IMG/VR virus record: IMGVR_UViG_3300034072_002256
Coordinates: 1 to 64,000 of that record
DNA: 64,000 nt
DNA from: a virus
Reading direction: 5' to 3' (one strand)
A model generated the notes under the pieces. The model made no database searches. It saw only the letters and a list, made by a program, of their open reading frames with translations, and had not been told where the DNA came from. Within the stretch, counting starts at the first letter, position 1. Each line of letters begins with the position of its first letter. The position numbers and the translations under genes are program-made. Below, in pieces: positions 1 to 9,749 of this stretch.

Positions 1-378
1 TTAGGTCTCTTCACCATTTTCTGCATCCGTGTGTATAGGACAGAAATCAGTATTCGCTATTGCGATATGACTGCATAATCCTCCCTTTTGGGTTAACGCA
101 GTACACCGATCGATCATATCTTTCTCTTTAAATCTGTAGGTAAAATAGCCGTCGTTTCCTTTTGGCTCTTTTTCATAAACGTCAACACTGTAATTTCGCC
201 AGCTCTTGTCGATCCGATCACTTTTAACTAATTGATATTGTTTATCTTTACTTACTCGATACCAATAGCCATTAAACTGTATGATTTTTTGTTTCATACC
301 TCGAGTGTCAAACGAATCATATACCTCTCCGTCGAGGCATCCTCCGACAAACTTAACTTTCGCTTTTCCAACAGCCAT
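1..378 (-). CDS. Hypothetical protein with C-terminal Cys/His cluster (cargo downstream of integrase)
   Basis: 125-aa ORF with GGGAG RBS upstream; C-terminal RCTALTQKGGLC...FCPIH resembles a small Zn-binding motif. Confidence 0.6.
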   Translation of the reverse strand: MAVGKAKVKFVGGCLDGEVYDSFDTRGMKQKIIQFNGYWYRVSKDKQYQLVKSDRIDKSWRNYSVDVYEKEPKGNDGYFTYRFKEKDMIDRCTALTQKGGLCSHIAIANTDFCPIHTDAENGEET

Positions 379-400
379 GTTGTTCTCCCTTCAATTGATT

Positions 401-1495
401 TTAATCTATCCAACGAGCATAAATTCGGCGGATCATGCCCCAGTCTTTGTGTCCCATTTGCTTTGCTATTCTGGATGGGTCTTCACCTGCGGTCAGCATG
501 GTCGATGCATAGGTATGGCGGCAGGTGTATTGGCTGCGATAGGCGACATTTGCGAGTTTGAGTGCTGGATTCCAAAAACGCTCGCGTGGGACGCCATCAT
601 AAACCCACGGTTTCATGTTGCGCGGATCTAGAAAAATACGTTGCTCTGGTGCTAGGTCAGGGTGATAGCTTTTAATGTGCTTTAGCACTGCCAAAGCTCG
701 GCTATCAAGTTCATGAGTACGGGCAGAACTCAGCGTTTTTGTGCCTGCTGTTTTGCCATTGACGATAGATTGGCGGATGTAAATGCGTGGTTTGTCACGG
801 TCTAAATCAATGTCCTGCCAGCGCAGGCCTAATTGTTCACCGGTACGTAAACCAGTCCAAAACGCAAATATGTAAAAATCGCGGGCAGCATTGTCTGGTA
901 GGGCATTAATAATCTTTTCGCGTTCATCAGCCGTGAAGGGTTTCGGCTCGGGCGCAGTCCTGGCGGCAGGTTTGCATTTATCAATTGGGTTATTCGCTAG
1001 AATGTCGTCATATACCAGTTCCTTGAAAACGCAGTGCAGTACAGAGCGGATTTCATTGATGGATTTACCAGATAAATCAACCTGCGCCGCCCAGTCTTTA
1101 TAGTGAGATGGCTTAAATTCTGCTGCTGTCATCTGGCCAAAATTGGGCAGAACATGCGTGTTTACCTTACTGACATATCCTCGATAAGTGCTGCGTGCCC
1201 AGTTTTTGCTGTTTCGATGAAACCATAAATCTACTGCTTTACTGATGGTTATATACGCGGCTTTATTGTTGCTGAATTTGTAAGCATTAGGGCTCGCAGG
1301 AAAATGTCTAGCGTAATCGAATTGCCCCATATCAATTTCATAAAGAACCTGTTCACGTTTGCGCGCGACTTCAGCTAATCGGGTTTTTGTTGGCGCACCG
1401 CGAATGGTTTCGCGGCAGCGAACTGCCTGATACATAAACTCAATTCGAATTGAGTTTTCACCGGCATAAATACCTTTGTATTGGGTTGGCTGCAT
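401..1495 (-). CDS. int: Tyrosine integrase with N-terminal arm-binding domain
   Basis: Catalytic motifs TGLRTGE, YTCRHTYAS, QMGH and IYARW; N-terminal SIRIEFMY...RCRETI arm-binding segment. Confidence 0.93.
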   Translation of the reverse strand: MQPTQYKGIYAGENSIRIEFMYQAVRCRETIRGAPTKTRLAEVARKREQVLYEIDMGQFDYARHFPASPNAYKFSNNKAAYITISKAVDLWFHRNSKNWARSTYRGYVSKVNTHVLPNFGQMTAAEFKPSHYKDWAAQVDLSGKSINEIRSVLHCVFKELVYDDILANNPIDKCKPAARTAPEPKPFTADEREKIINALPDNAARDFYIFAFWTGLRTGEQLGLRWQDIDLDRDKPRIYIRQSIVNGKTAGTKTLSSARTHELDSRALAVLKHIKSYHPDLAPEQRIFLDPRNMKPWVYDGVPRERFWNPALKLANVAYRSQYTCRHTYASTMLTAGEDPSRIAKQMGHKDWGMIRRIYARWID

Positions 1496-1498
1496 GAC

Positions 1499-1723
1499 TT
1501 AATTCCCTGTTTCAATCCAATCCTGAAAAGCAGGAAGACAAATAAAAATGCGTCCATTGCGTTTAGTCCAGTGAACATCTAAGCGGATCTTGCCTTTAAC
1601 ACGTAATGCATTTATCGCATCTTTGGACCAACCAATCAGTTCTGCACATTTTTCGACTGTCACCCATTTGAGTGGGTACGACTGAAGTAAATCTTGATCT
1701 GTTTGCTTCATGAATAGCCTCAT
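1499..1723 (-). CDS. xis: Excisionase-like winged-helix protein
   Basis: 74 aa, KWVTVEKCAELIGWS...VHWTKRNGRIFI, directly upstream of int. Confidence 0.8.
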   Translation of the reverse strand: MRLFMKQTDQDLLQSYPLKWVTVEKCAELIGWSKDAINALRVKGKIRLDVHWTKRNGRIFICLPAFQDWIETGN

Positions 1724-1912
1724 TTAAGGGATAGCAAAAGCCAGCCCTTTTAAATTCAATTAATGGGGATTTTCAAAAAAATGGCGCCAATAGCAGATTG
1801 CGGAATTACTTTGGGGCTTAGGTTGGTTGGTTTTTCGCCCTGACAATGAATGTAATCAATTACCCCCCAGTCGTCAACTGCGAATATTGATAAAATAGCT
1901 ATAAATATCATG

Positions 1913-1957
1913 GTGTTAACGACGTTAATGGCGTTAACGGTTTCAACGGTGTTAAAG
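1913..1957. repeat. Five tandem degenerate 9-bp repeats (consensus G[T/C]GTTAACG)
   Basis: GTGTTAACG ACGTTAATG GCGTTAACG GTTTCAACG GTGTTAAAG. Confidence 0.65.
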
Positions 1958-2041
1958 GCATAGTTGGCTTCAACACCGTTAAAGAGAAATAAACCGATTA
2001 AGATTTGATGATTTAAAAAAGTACTAAACATCTGAATTTAA

Positions 2042-2284
2042 TCACTTTTCATTGATGATTCTGTAGGTTTTACAAAATTCGGCTTTTGTGAACTGTCCTA
2101 CTCGGTCGATGAACTTCACAACAATTTCGACTTGTTCGTTTAGTGTCAGGACTCCGCAGATAATCCCGAGATTTTCAGGCTGAAACTTTGTCTCCCGATC
2201 AATTTTGATAACGGTCAGATTTATGAGCTCGACGACTTCAGAAATACTGAATTGTTCGCTGTTTGATATTTTGGGTTTAGTCAT
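2042..2284 (-). CDS. Hypothetical protein
   Basis: 80-aa ORF just downstream of rep, same strand. Confidence 0.55.
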   Translation of the reverse strand: MTKPKISNSEQFSISEVVELINLTVIKIDRETKFQPENLGIICGVLTLNEQVEIVVKFIDRVGQFTKAEFCKTYRIINEK

Positions 2285-2296
2285 TTCATGTTCCGT

Positions 2297-2320
2297 ACAG
2301 TTATTTACACAAGTCCAAGG
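2297..2320 (-). other. P2/186-type rolling-circle origin
   Basis: Minus strand CCTTGGACTTGTGTAAATAACTGT resembles the P2-family ori (CCTCGGAGTxCTGTCAATAACTG) and overlaps the rep stop; adjacent hairpin at 2336-2371. Confidence 0.7.
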
Positions 2321-3792
2321 TTGCCCCCTCGCGTCCCGACACCGACCCGCCTAAAGGCGGGATGGTGTCGGTGCCACTCGGCGGCCCCGGTGTGATGTGC
2401 CATTTTCGAAAGCGAGTAATTAGAGTGAACCCGCGATAGTTGAAACCAACTACCGAAGGCTTTCGGATTTCCTGATAGCGATTTAAAACGGACTTGCAGA
2501 CTTCCCCAGTCTGAAAATCGATTTCCTCACTTTCGCGGATTTGATAACACGGGCTGAGCGTGTGTTCTTTTTTGGGTGTATTGACTGACTTCATTGCGAT
2601 GCAAAACGCCGCCCAGTTGGCACTATCTGCGGCAGCGTATGAGTCATTTAAATCGTAAAACGGTGAGTCACAGGCTTTAAGTCGGCGCAGTTCCCGCCAG
2701 ACCGTAACACTTGGCCCGCCGATCTGCTGGAACTGGCGAATACCTGCCGCTTTTGACCATGCGTTGATGCGGGCAGCGACCAAATCTGAGGCTTGGCCGC
2801 TGGTGTCGGTGCCGACTGCAAAGCCATCGATGTTTTTTGAGATGTATTTGGCGATGTAGCCGGCAGCGCTGCCTTTTTGTGGGTCTATGTCGATGAACTT
2901 CACCCGATACAGTTTTGCGCCTTTCTCGTCTGGCGAATCCTGCAAGCCATAGTGGCTGATGATGTCTTTAAATGGTTGTAGTTGGTGCGGCGCCATAAAC
3001 AGCAACAGGTGCCAGTGCGGTGTTCCGTCGTGGTGCGGTTCAACTACGCGAAAGCCATAAGGTTTGATTTGTTCGCGGTCTAGTTTGGCGCGGCAGAGTT
3101 GCCAGACATGATTCAGATAATCCTGGGCATCGTTAATGCTGGAACCGTCATAAGCAGAATTCGGAATGCCGGTGGCGTTGGTGGCGTGCATCCGTGATGG
3201 TGTAGTTAAAGTGACGAATACCGCTACGTGCTGGCAGTATTGGGCGACTTCTTCAAAGCCGCGAATTCTGACCATCAGTTCATGACGGCGGATCACCGGA
3301 TTACTGATGTTGTGTTCGGCAATCTCCGACAGCGGAATACTGAAACCTTCTTCATTTTGCAGATAGGTGTTTTGCATGTATTGCTGGCTTAAGAGCTGAT
3401 TGTGGCGGTGCCGGTTTAACGAGACATCACCGCAATACACGGCCCGACGTTTTGACACATAACCCAATGCGCGCTCGACCTGATTAATCAGTGATGCCGT
3501 TTTGCGGCGAATACGGCGCAGCCAGAACTTGGCATCCTGCAGCCGGTTTTGTATTTCGGTGTTGGTGTAGTCGAGTTTGCCCAACTGGTATTGCTCGAAA
3601 CGGAGCAGGGCAGAGGCAAGGTCAGCGGTTTTGCAGTAATCGGCCTGACTAACGGCAAAGCGTTTGAGTTCGGAAAGGTCAGCCGAGAAATCGAGATCAG
3701 CAATCACCATCGCCTGATGAATGGTATTGAGCAGATAGAGGGCGTGATTTTCTTCGACCAGCTGTTGGTCAGACAGATATTTTTTCAGGATG
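2301..3792 (-). pseudogene. P2 gpA-like replication endonuclease, 3' portion; 5' end displaced by prophage insertion
   Basis: HUH motif EPHHDGTPHWH, YIAKYISKNIDG catalytic tyrosines, RQFQQIGG; ORF-track residues upstream of 3792 come from prophage end DNA. Confidence 0.88.
3788..3792 (+). repeat. 5-bp target site duplication GGATG (left copy)
   Basis: GGATG directly precedes the TGTA left end; same pentamer at 42370-42374. Confidence 0.9.
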
Positions 3793-3994
3793 TGTAACCC
3801 ACCGTTAGGTTTGATAATAACAGAGGTAATAAGGGAATAGATGGGAAAAAGCGGGAATTCATGGGAATTCCTTTGACCACAAGGCTTAGAGACGAGTGTT
3901 ACATGATTTTTGTCGGCGAAGAATCGAATGCGTGTGCCGTACGATTTGATAAAAACGAAGCCACAAAAATGAATGAGTTCGAAGAGTTTGATAA
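3793..3994 (+). repeat. Prophage 1 attL with transposase-binding sites
   Basis: TG terminus; (G/A)TTTGATAA at 3809, 3944 and 3986. Confidence 0.8.
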
Positions 3995-4073
3995 ATTCAG
4001 GAAAAAGCACCCATTCAAGGAGGATCCAAGTAAATTGGGGCTTCAAGGCCAGTTTAAGATGGTTTTAAAATCG

Positions 4074-4206
4074 AAAAGGGATCAAATTCGCTTCCGGATC
4101 CCTTTTCGAAAAGGGAAGAATGAGATCCCTTTGCGTAAGCATATGATTTATAATGGATAATCAGGATTCTGGTGTAAGGCTGATCCCTTTGCATCTGATC
4201 CCTTTG
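4074..4206. repeat. Five GATCCCTTT repeats (operator or transposition-enhancer candidate)
   Basis: Copies at 4075 (reverse), 4097, 4124, 4182, 4197. Confidence 0.8.
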
Positions 4207-4213
4207 AATCGGA

Positions 4214-4954
4214 TCACATTGTCCGTCCAAACCACAATACTTTGCCCACTATAGATACGTCATTAGGCATCGCATCAAGTTTCACATCAAATGGTTGATA
4301 TGCTGGATTGGCACTGGTGATGTGCAGCACACTTCCTGGGAGCCGCTGAACTCGCTTCACAACTAAGTTGTCGCTATCGATCCTGAGCACATAAATACCA
4401 TCGCCAGGGAGGTTATCCCTTATATCTACCAAAATCACGTCTCGGTCATTTAATGTGCCTTCCATGCTGTCGCCAACGACTGTAATGACAGCACAGTTTT
4501 TTGGATTCACTCTTAACACCTGCTCCAGCCAGTAGCGCCTGAAAGCCATTGTGTGCATGCGAGTTTCATTTTCCAGGTGGACTCCATGCCCTGCAGCGGC
4601 TTTGACGTTGTATCGGGGGATAAATACAAATTCCTCCAGGTCAACAGGATGGCCGTCAATGTCAAAAGCTGAATGAGCAGAAGGCGCAGAACCGCTGTTT
4701 TCTTCTTCGCCGGTAGCAAGCCAAGAAATGCTAACTCCAGCATACTTTGCGATAAGAACTAATTTTTCCAGGGTTGGAGTTGCCGTCCCGCTCACATATT
4801 TGTGCAGCGCACCGTAGGAGATTCCGGTCTCTTTAGCGAACGCTCTTAGGCTTTTTGAGCCAAGTGCGCTTACAAATCGGGCTGAAAAACCTAAATCCGC
4901 ATCCGATTTGTTATCACTATAAGAATCATCTAATTCTACTTCTGACGTAGACAT
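4214..4954 (-). CDS. CI-like repressor, HTH + S24 peptidase
   Basis: N-terminal HTH; AAAGHG cleavage region; GDSM serine and VKR lysine motifs; divergent from ner. Confidence 0.92.
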   Translation of the reverse strand: MSTSEVELDDSYSDNKSDADLGFSARFVSALGSKSLRAFAKETGISYGALHKYVSGTATPTLEKLVLIAKYAGVSISWLATGEEENSGSAPSAHSAFDIDGHPVDLEEFVFIPRYNVKAAAGHGVHLENETRMHTMAFRRYWLEQVLRVNPKNCAVITVVGDSMEGTLNDRDVILVDIRDNLPGDGIYVLRIDSDNLVVKRVQRLPGSVLHITSANPAYQPFDVKLDAMPNDVSIVGKVLWFGRTM

Positions 4955-5030
4955 GTTTTGCTTTTCTCTTTTGAATCAATGTTTTACTGTTTAAGTTAAA
5001 TTATCAGTCACTAAAAGAATCAAAAAGTGA

Positions 5031-5059
5031 TTGACCGGTCTCTTTTGTGGATCAATACT
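5031..5059 (+). promoter_or_regulatory. Early promoter (Pe-like)
   Basis: TTGACC-N17-AATACT upstream of ner. Confidence 0.6.
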
Positions 5060-5120
5060 GTATTACAACGAATAACACTTAAGCGTTATTACAAGTAATA
5101 ACAACAAAGGATCTCAAAAA

Positions 5121-5369
5121 ATGTCTCCCAATGGAACCACTAAATGCGATTGGCATAGAGCAGACATAATCGCAGCTCTAAAGAAGAAAGGGACTTCTTT
5201 AGCTGCGTTATCCAGATCAGCTGGGTTGAATCAACGGACTCTAAATAATGTTTTGGAGCGTAAGTACCCCAAAGCAGAAGAGTTGATCGCAAATGCGCTT
5301 GGTGTAAAGCCTTCTGAGATTTGGCCTTCGCGTTACCCATGCAATTCAGACGAGGTCGGCCATGACTAA
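5121..5369 (+). CDS. ner: Ner/Nlp-family regulator
   Basis: DWHRADIIAALKKKG...EIWPSRY signature. Confidence 0.93.
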   Translation: MSPNGTTKCDWHRADIIAALKKKGTSLAALSRSAGLNQRTLNNVLERKYPKAEELIANALGVKPSEIWPSRYPCNSDEVGHD

Positions 5370-7584
5370 AGAGTGGTTCACCTCTGGAGAGCTTGCCGGC
5401 ATTTCTGGCATGCCTAAGACAGTTCGTGGTGTCAGGATTAAAGCCGAAAAGTCTCTTTGGTTGTCACGCGCTAAAACTAAAGGCCAAGGGTTTGAATATC
5501 ACGTTTCTAATTTCCCTGATGAAGTAAAAGCGGCATTACTTTCGAACGAGGCCGCAGGTGAGACTTCAAAAGAAATCTCTGAGCGAGTTGAGCGCGAGAT
5601 AGCAAATGAGGCAACTAAAGAACAGTTAAATTCTGAGTCTCAGATGCAGGAATTGGCAAAAATGCCTGTGAATCAGAGCAGCCTTGTTTTAGCCAGGTTG
5701 GAGCTGTTATCTGCATACAATCAATTTCTGTCCCCGTATAAAAAAGCCCGTCAACTCACCGTTGGTGAAAAGTTGTTTGTGGAGCAATACAACTCCGGCG
5801 CTTTGCAGATGCCGAACTGGGTAAAAGTCGAAATACCTACAGTCAGTGTGATGACCATTCGACGTTGGAAGGCAAAGCGTGAATCCAGTGGGACCACAGC
5901 ACTCGCTGATGCCTATAAAAAAACAAAAGCATCCACCTTTGAGCGATATCCAGAGGTCGCTGAGTTCGTGTTGGCATTGATCACAGCCAAGCCTCATCTG
6001 ATGAAAAAGAGCAGAGAGGTGGCAAATTTAATCGATGTGAAACGCCGGGAGCTTTACAAGGATTGGCCACAAGTATCTGCGTCAGCTGTTCAACGACATT
6101 TGGAAAAGCTAAGCCAAAGTATCGTGACGGAGCTGGCCTATACCACAAATCCCAGAGAATTTAACAACTCACACCGACCTCTGTTTGGCCGAATGTATCC
6201 GTGGATTTCTGGGCCAAATCAGGTGTGGGAATTGGATTCAACCCCGACAGATGTGCAGCTTAATGTAGAAGGCAAGGCGAGAAGATACAGCATTATCGGC
6301 GCTATCGACGTTTTCACTCGACGGCTGAAAGTGGTGCTGATGCCAGCTTCGAGTAGTGAAGGCATTTGTCTTTTATTGCGTAAATGTCTGCTGGATTGGG
6401 GCATCCCAGAGCCAGATTCTGTGATCCGAACTGACAATGGTTCTGACTACGTCAGCAAAACGACCATCGGGATTTTCAATTTACTGCAGTTAAATCAAAG
6501 CCGCGCGAACGCTTTTAGTGGTTGGGAAAAACCTTTTATTGAACGAGCTTTTAAAACGCTAAGCCATGGTTTGATGGAGAAGCTACCTGCATACCAAGGC
6601 CACAACGTTGCCGACAAAAAACGCCTGCAGGATATGCAGAGTTTTGCTGAGAGCATTGGTGCGAAGCGTAAGAAACGTGATCAGGAACTGCTGGAATTGT
6701 CTCTGACACCTGCTGAGCTGCAGGGGATTCTGGATGACTGGCTGGCCTTTGATTACCACCACAAAAAACACTCTGGCTTGAAGGACATGACGCCGTTTCA
6801 AGTCTATGCCGAAAGTGGCTATCGGCCACGTGTGCCGGCCAACCCGCATAGTCTTGATTTACTGCTGAATTACGTCGGAACAGCAACCGTGATCCGCGGA
6901 TCTGTATCAGTGAACTCAGTGAAGTACACAGCGCCAGAACTGATGGAAAGCGCTTGGGACCGTCGGACTGTTCGGGTGTTTCTTGACCCGAGTGATGTCG
7001 GCCGTGCCACGCTTTACCCAAGTGATAGCTGGGGGGACTTTGTTGAAGCTATCAACATGGACTTAATTGGCCGTGATATCGACCCTGGCCAGTTCCGGGA
7101 GCGCCGCAAAGAAGCCACCAAAACATTGCGGGAGTTTAAAAGGACTGCTGAACAGCTGCAGGAAAAATTCGGCATCAATGAGCTGGCGGCCGTTGAGTTG
7201 GCACAGAAGAAACTCGCAAACCAAAGCCTCATTGGTTTCAACAGACCAGGGCAAGTGTCAGACAACGAAGCTATCGCAGCATTAAGCCAATCAGCAACAA
7301 GCCTATTAAACAAATCGGCAGAGCCTGTGTATTCAGAGGCCGAACTGAAGGCTATTGCAGCAAGACGTGCAGAGATTGATAGGCGGCGGGAGCAATTAAC
7401 GGAGCAAAGCAGCAAGGTGCTTCGCAGTGAGCATGAACAGGCTGAGTTTTTAACCAGAGAAAGTCTGGTTCGAGAACTAACCAGTGCAGAAGCCGATTGG
7501 CTGAAGAAATTCCGCTCGACGCATGTCATGACCAGAAAACGTCTCGACAGAATTTTAGAAGAGGGCAAGCGCGCCAACGGATGA
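5362..7584 (+). CDS. MuA-like DDE transposase
   Basis: N-terminal Mu HTH (EWFTSGELAG); WELDST, RTDNGSDY and KPFIERAF DDE motifs. Confidence 0.95.
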   Translation: MTKEWFTSGELAGISGMPKTVRGVRIKAEKSLWLSRAKTKGQGFEYHVSNFPDEVKAALLSNEAAGETSKEISERVEREIANEATKEQLNSESQMQELAKMPVNQSSLVLARLELLSAYNQFLSPYKKARQLTVGEKLFVEQYNSGALQMPNWVKVEIPTVSVMTIRRWKAKRESSGTTALADAYKKTKASTFERYPEVAEFVLALITAKPHLMKKSREVANLIDVKRRELYKDWPQVSASAVQRHLEKLSQSIVTELAYTTNPREFNNSHRPLFGRMYPWISGPNQVWELDSTPTDVQLNVEGKARRYSIIGAIDVFTRRLKVVLMPASSSEGICLLLRKCLLDWGIPEPDSVIRTDNGSDYVSKTTIGIFNLLQLNQSRANAFSGWEKPFIERAFKTLSHGLMEKLPAYQGHNVADKKRLQDMQSFAESIGAKRKKRDQELLELSLTPAELQGILDDWLAFDYHHKKHSGLKDMTPFQVYAESGYRPRVPANPHSLDLLLNYVGTATVIRGSVSVNSVKYTAPELMESAWDRRTVRVFLDPSDVGRATLYPSDSWGDFVEAINMDLIGRDIDPGQFRERRKEATKTLREFKRTAEQLQEKFGINELAAVELAQKKLANQSLIGFNRPGQVSDNEAIAALSQSATSLLNKSAEPVYSEAELKAIAARRAEIDRRREQLTEQSSKVLRSEHEQAEFLTRESLVRELTSAEADWLKKFRSTHVMTRKRLDRILEEGKRANG

Positions 7585-7655
7585 CACCGGTCGCGCTTAC
7601 CAGCAAACCGCTTGGCTGTTGCAAAGCCATGCAATTCACAACACGGAGTATATAG

Positions 7656-8381
7656 ATGAAAAACAAAACAGTCGAAGTCAAAAACGTGACCCGAACGCAG
7701 GAAATGTTCGAGAACCTGAGTTCGCGCAGCATGATCACACCAGGCATTGGCCTAATTCATGGCCCAAGCGGCTTCGGTAAAACGACCACTGTCACATACA
7801 TGTTTAATGAATTGACCGTGTCGGGCCAGCAACCACTTTATGTGCGCTGCTATGCAACGGACACCCCTAGTTCATTTTTAGCGCGGGTTATGGGGGAGCT
7901 TGGCGCACAACCGATGTTCCCGCTGCGCAAGATGGTTGATTACGTGGTTCAGGCGATGAACGAGCGCAGTTTGGCGCTGTTTGTTGACGAGGCCGACCAC
8001 ATTGTCAGCCAGGCAAAAACCATGGAAACCATCCGTGATTTATACGACAGCACTGAGCAGCCCGTGGTGCTGATTGGCATGGAAGAAATTGCCCGCCGTA
8101 TTTCTCACCGCAAACAACTGTTTAACCGGATCTCGGAGTGGGTTGAGTTCGTGCCTGCAGATATTGAAGACGTCCATTTGTTCGCAACAGATCTGGTGGA
8201 TGACCGGGTTCAGGTCGGTGAAGACCTGCTCGACTTTATCCGGCAAAAGTCGGGCGGTGAAGTGCGCCGTATTTTAATCGCTTTGGAAAAAATCGAGCGT
8301 GCGGCACTGGCCAGCGGTGAAACCTTTGTCGATTTGCACAGCTGGGGCAACCGCCCACTGTTCCTGAACCATCGTCGTTAA
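7656..8381 (+). CDS. MuB/TniB-like AAA+ transposition ATPase (241 aa, no N-terminal HTH)
   Basis: Walker A GPSGFGKT, Walker B LFVDEAD; follows transposase. Confidence 0.92.
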   Translation: MKNKTVEVKNVTRTQEMFENLSSRSMITPGIGLIHGPSGFGKTTTVTYMFNELTVSGQQPLYVRCYATDTPSSFLARVMGELGAQPMFPLRKMVDYVVQAMNERSLALFVDEADHIVSQAKTMETIRDLYDSTEQPVVLIGMEEIARRISHRKQLFNRISEWVEFVPADIEDVHLFATDLVDDRVQVGEDLLDFIRQKSGGEVRRILIALEKIERAALASGETFVDLHSWGNRPLFLNHRR

Positions 8382-8396
8382 TTGCGGAGCTGGTCA

Positions 8397-8993
8397 ATGA
8401 CTAAACACGAATTAGCTTGGGACAAGATGAAGCAAATGGAGCGCTTCACTGTTACCGACGTGGCTAATGCGGTTGAGATGGACCTCGAAGAATGTCGCAA
8501 ATCAATAAAACGCCTTGAAAAATCAGGCTATCTGGAAATTGTTTCGGGAATTGGTGTGGCTGGAAGGCCGTATTTTTATCGGGTGAAACCTGAGGTTACC
8601 ACCACACCACAGTTTGGACGTGGTGGTACAAGCGGACTGAAAAAAGTCCGCTCAGGCATGAATGGGCAGCAACTGATTTGGAACGCATTGCGGATAAACC
8701 GAAAGTTGACTGTTGGGACTGCAGAGGCAGTTACAAAACTAAATTCAAGAACGATTTATCGCTACCTGAATGACCTCGAAAAAGCTGGCTATGTGAAGTG
8801 TCAGCGGCATGACAGGGTTGGTTCGAACTTCGACCGGACTGGCGTGCAGAACATTTGGAAACTGATCCGTGAGACAGGCCCCAAAGCTCCAATTTTGCGC
8901 AGAGGCAAAGGGTTTTGGGACCAGAACGAAGATAAGTTTTATTCCTTAGATGGTGGAAAAACTGTTGGAGGCCGCACGGATGAAGTGGCTTGA
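8397..8993 (+). CDS. Tandem winged-helix DNA-binding protein
   Basis: GGAG RBS then ATG 8397; two wHTH-like repeats (..IKRLEKSGYL.. and ..YLNDLEKAGYV..). Confidence 0.8.
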   Translation: MTKHELAWDKMKQMERFTVTDVANAVEMDLEECRKSIKRLEKSGYLEIVSGIGVAGRPYFYRVKPEVTTTPQFGRGGTSGLKKVRSGMNGQQLIWNALRINRKLTVGTAEAVTKLNSRTIYRYLNDLEKAGYVKCQRHDRVGSNFDRTGVQNIWKLIRETGPKAPILRRGKGFWDQNEDKFYSLDGGKTVGGRTDEVA

Positions 8994-9477
8994 AGTATTG
9001 AGGGAGCAGGTGGGCCTAAACGGTCAACGGCCAGTTGCTGACAAGCTTGGTGTCAGTAACACAGTGATCAGTCAGGTCGTTAACGAAAAATACCCTGGCG
9101 ATATGGGCCGAATTCAGGCGCTGGTGGAAAGCGTGTACATGAGCAAATCAGTGCTTTGTCCGGTGCTGGGCGAAATTGCCTGGCATACCTGCCAGATGCA
9201 CCAGAAAAACACTCACACCGGCAATCCGACCAAGCTGCGCTTGTATCGGGCCTGTCGCAGTGGCTGTGAAAACTCTGACTTGCCAGTGACGCAAAACATC
9301 CAGTTAAACCCGAGCGCCACACTTAATCGCAGCCTGAAGGTTTACGACGCAGATGCTGTTATAGCCAGGTTAAAACGCCAGGTGGAATCAGACGGCGGCG
9401 GACCGGCCCAGTTGGCAGAGTTGCTACAGGCAGAACTGAAGAATTTGGCCACCAAACTGAACAGAACGGACAAATGA
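8980..9477 (+). CDS. HTH protein with Cys-rich segment
   Basis: QRPVADKLGVSNTVISQV HTH; CPVLG..C...C...C; overlapping start. Confidence 0.75.
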   Translation: MKWLEVLREQVGLNGQRPVADKLGVSNTVISQVVNEKYPGDMGRIQALVESVYMSKSVLCPVLGEIAWHTCQMHQKNTHTGNPTKLRLYRACRSGCENSDLPVTQNIQLNPSATLNRSLKVYDADAVIARLKRQVESDGGGPAQLAELLQAELKNLATKLNRTDK

Positions 9478-9749
9478 CCATGAAAAACGCAAACGATATC
9501 AAGTTGGCACTCCGCGATGCCACCAACGCAGTGAACCTGTTGGATAAACGCGGCTACAAGGTGATTGGCCTCAGCATGAATCACGTGCAGCCAATCATCA
9601 CCATCAGCACACCACCGGCCAGCAAAACGCCAAAGGGTACAGAGATCCGCTGTATCCGTGAGCGTGGCGCTGCGCCAGAACGAATTATGGCTGCGGTATT
9701 CAGTGGGTGCCTCGTCACCTGGAATGCCGACGATTCGGCCATGCAGTAA
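9474..9749 (+). CDS. Hypothetical early protein
   Basis: Overlapping ORF conserved in prophage 2. Confidence 0.75.
   Translation: MTMKNANDIKLALRDATNAVNLLDKRGYKVIGLSMNHVQPIITISTPPASKTPKGTEIRCIRERGAAPERIMAAVFSGCLVTWNADDSAMQ

Larger units (their letters stand above)
1..3792 (-). mobile_element. Integrated P2-rep satellite/prophage-like element (partial), interrupted by the Mu-like prophages
   Basis: rep, xis and int in one orientation; rep is truncated at the Mu-like left end; att sites not visible. Confidence 0.75.

Noticed and set aside
1756-2031. 91-aa ORF upstream of xis
   Set aside because: Low-complexity translation of an AT-rich repeat tract; more likely regulatory DNA.
3793-4046. ORF-track N-terminus of rep (581 aa), suggesting the prophage end restores rep
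   Set aside because: These codons are attL DNA with a TTG start and no clear RBS; the equivalent frame in prophage 2 attL closes after about 40 codons. Most likely chance.
3861-4160. 99-aa ORF in the left end
   Set aside because: Overlaps transposase sites and the repeat array; no counterpart in prophage 2.
7585-7655. Frameshift fusion of transposase and ATPase
   Set aside because: An in-frame TAG sits directly before the ATPase ATG in prophage 1.
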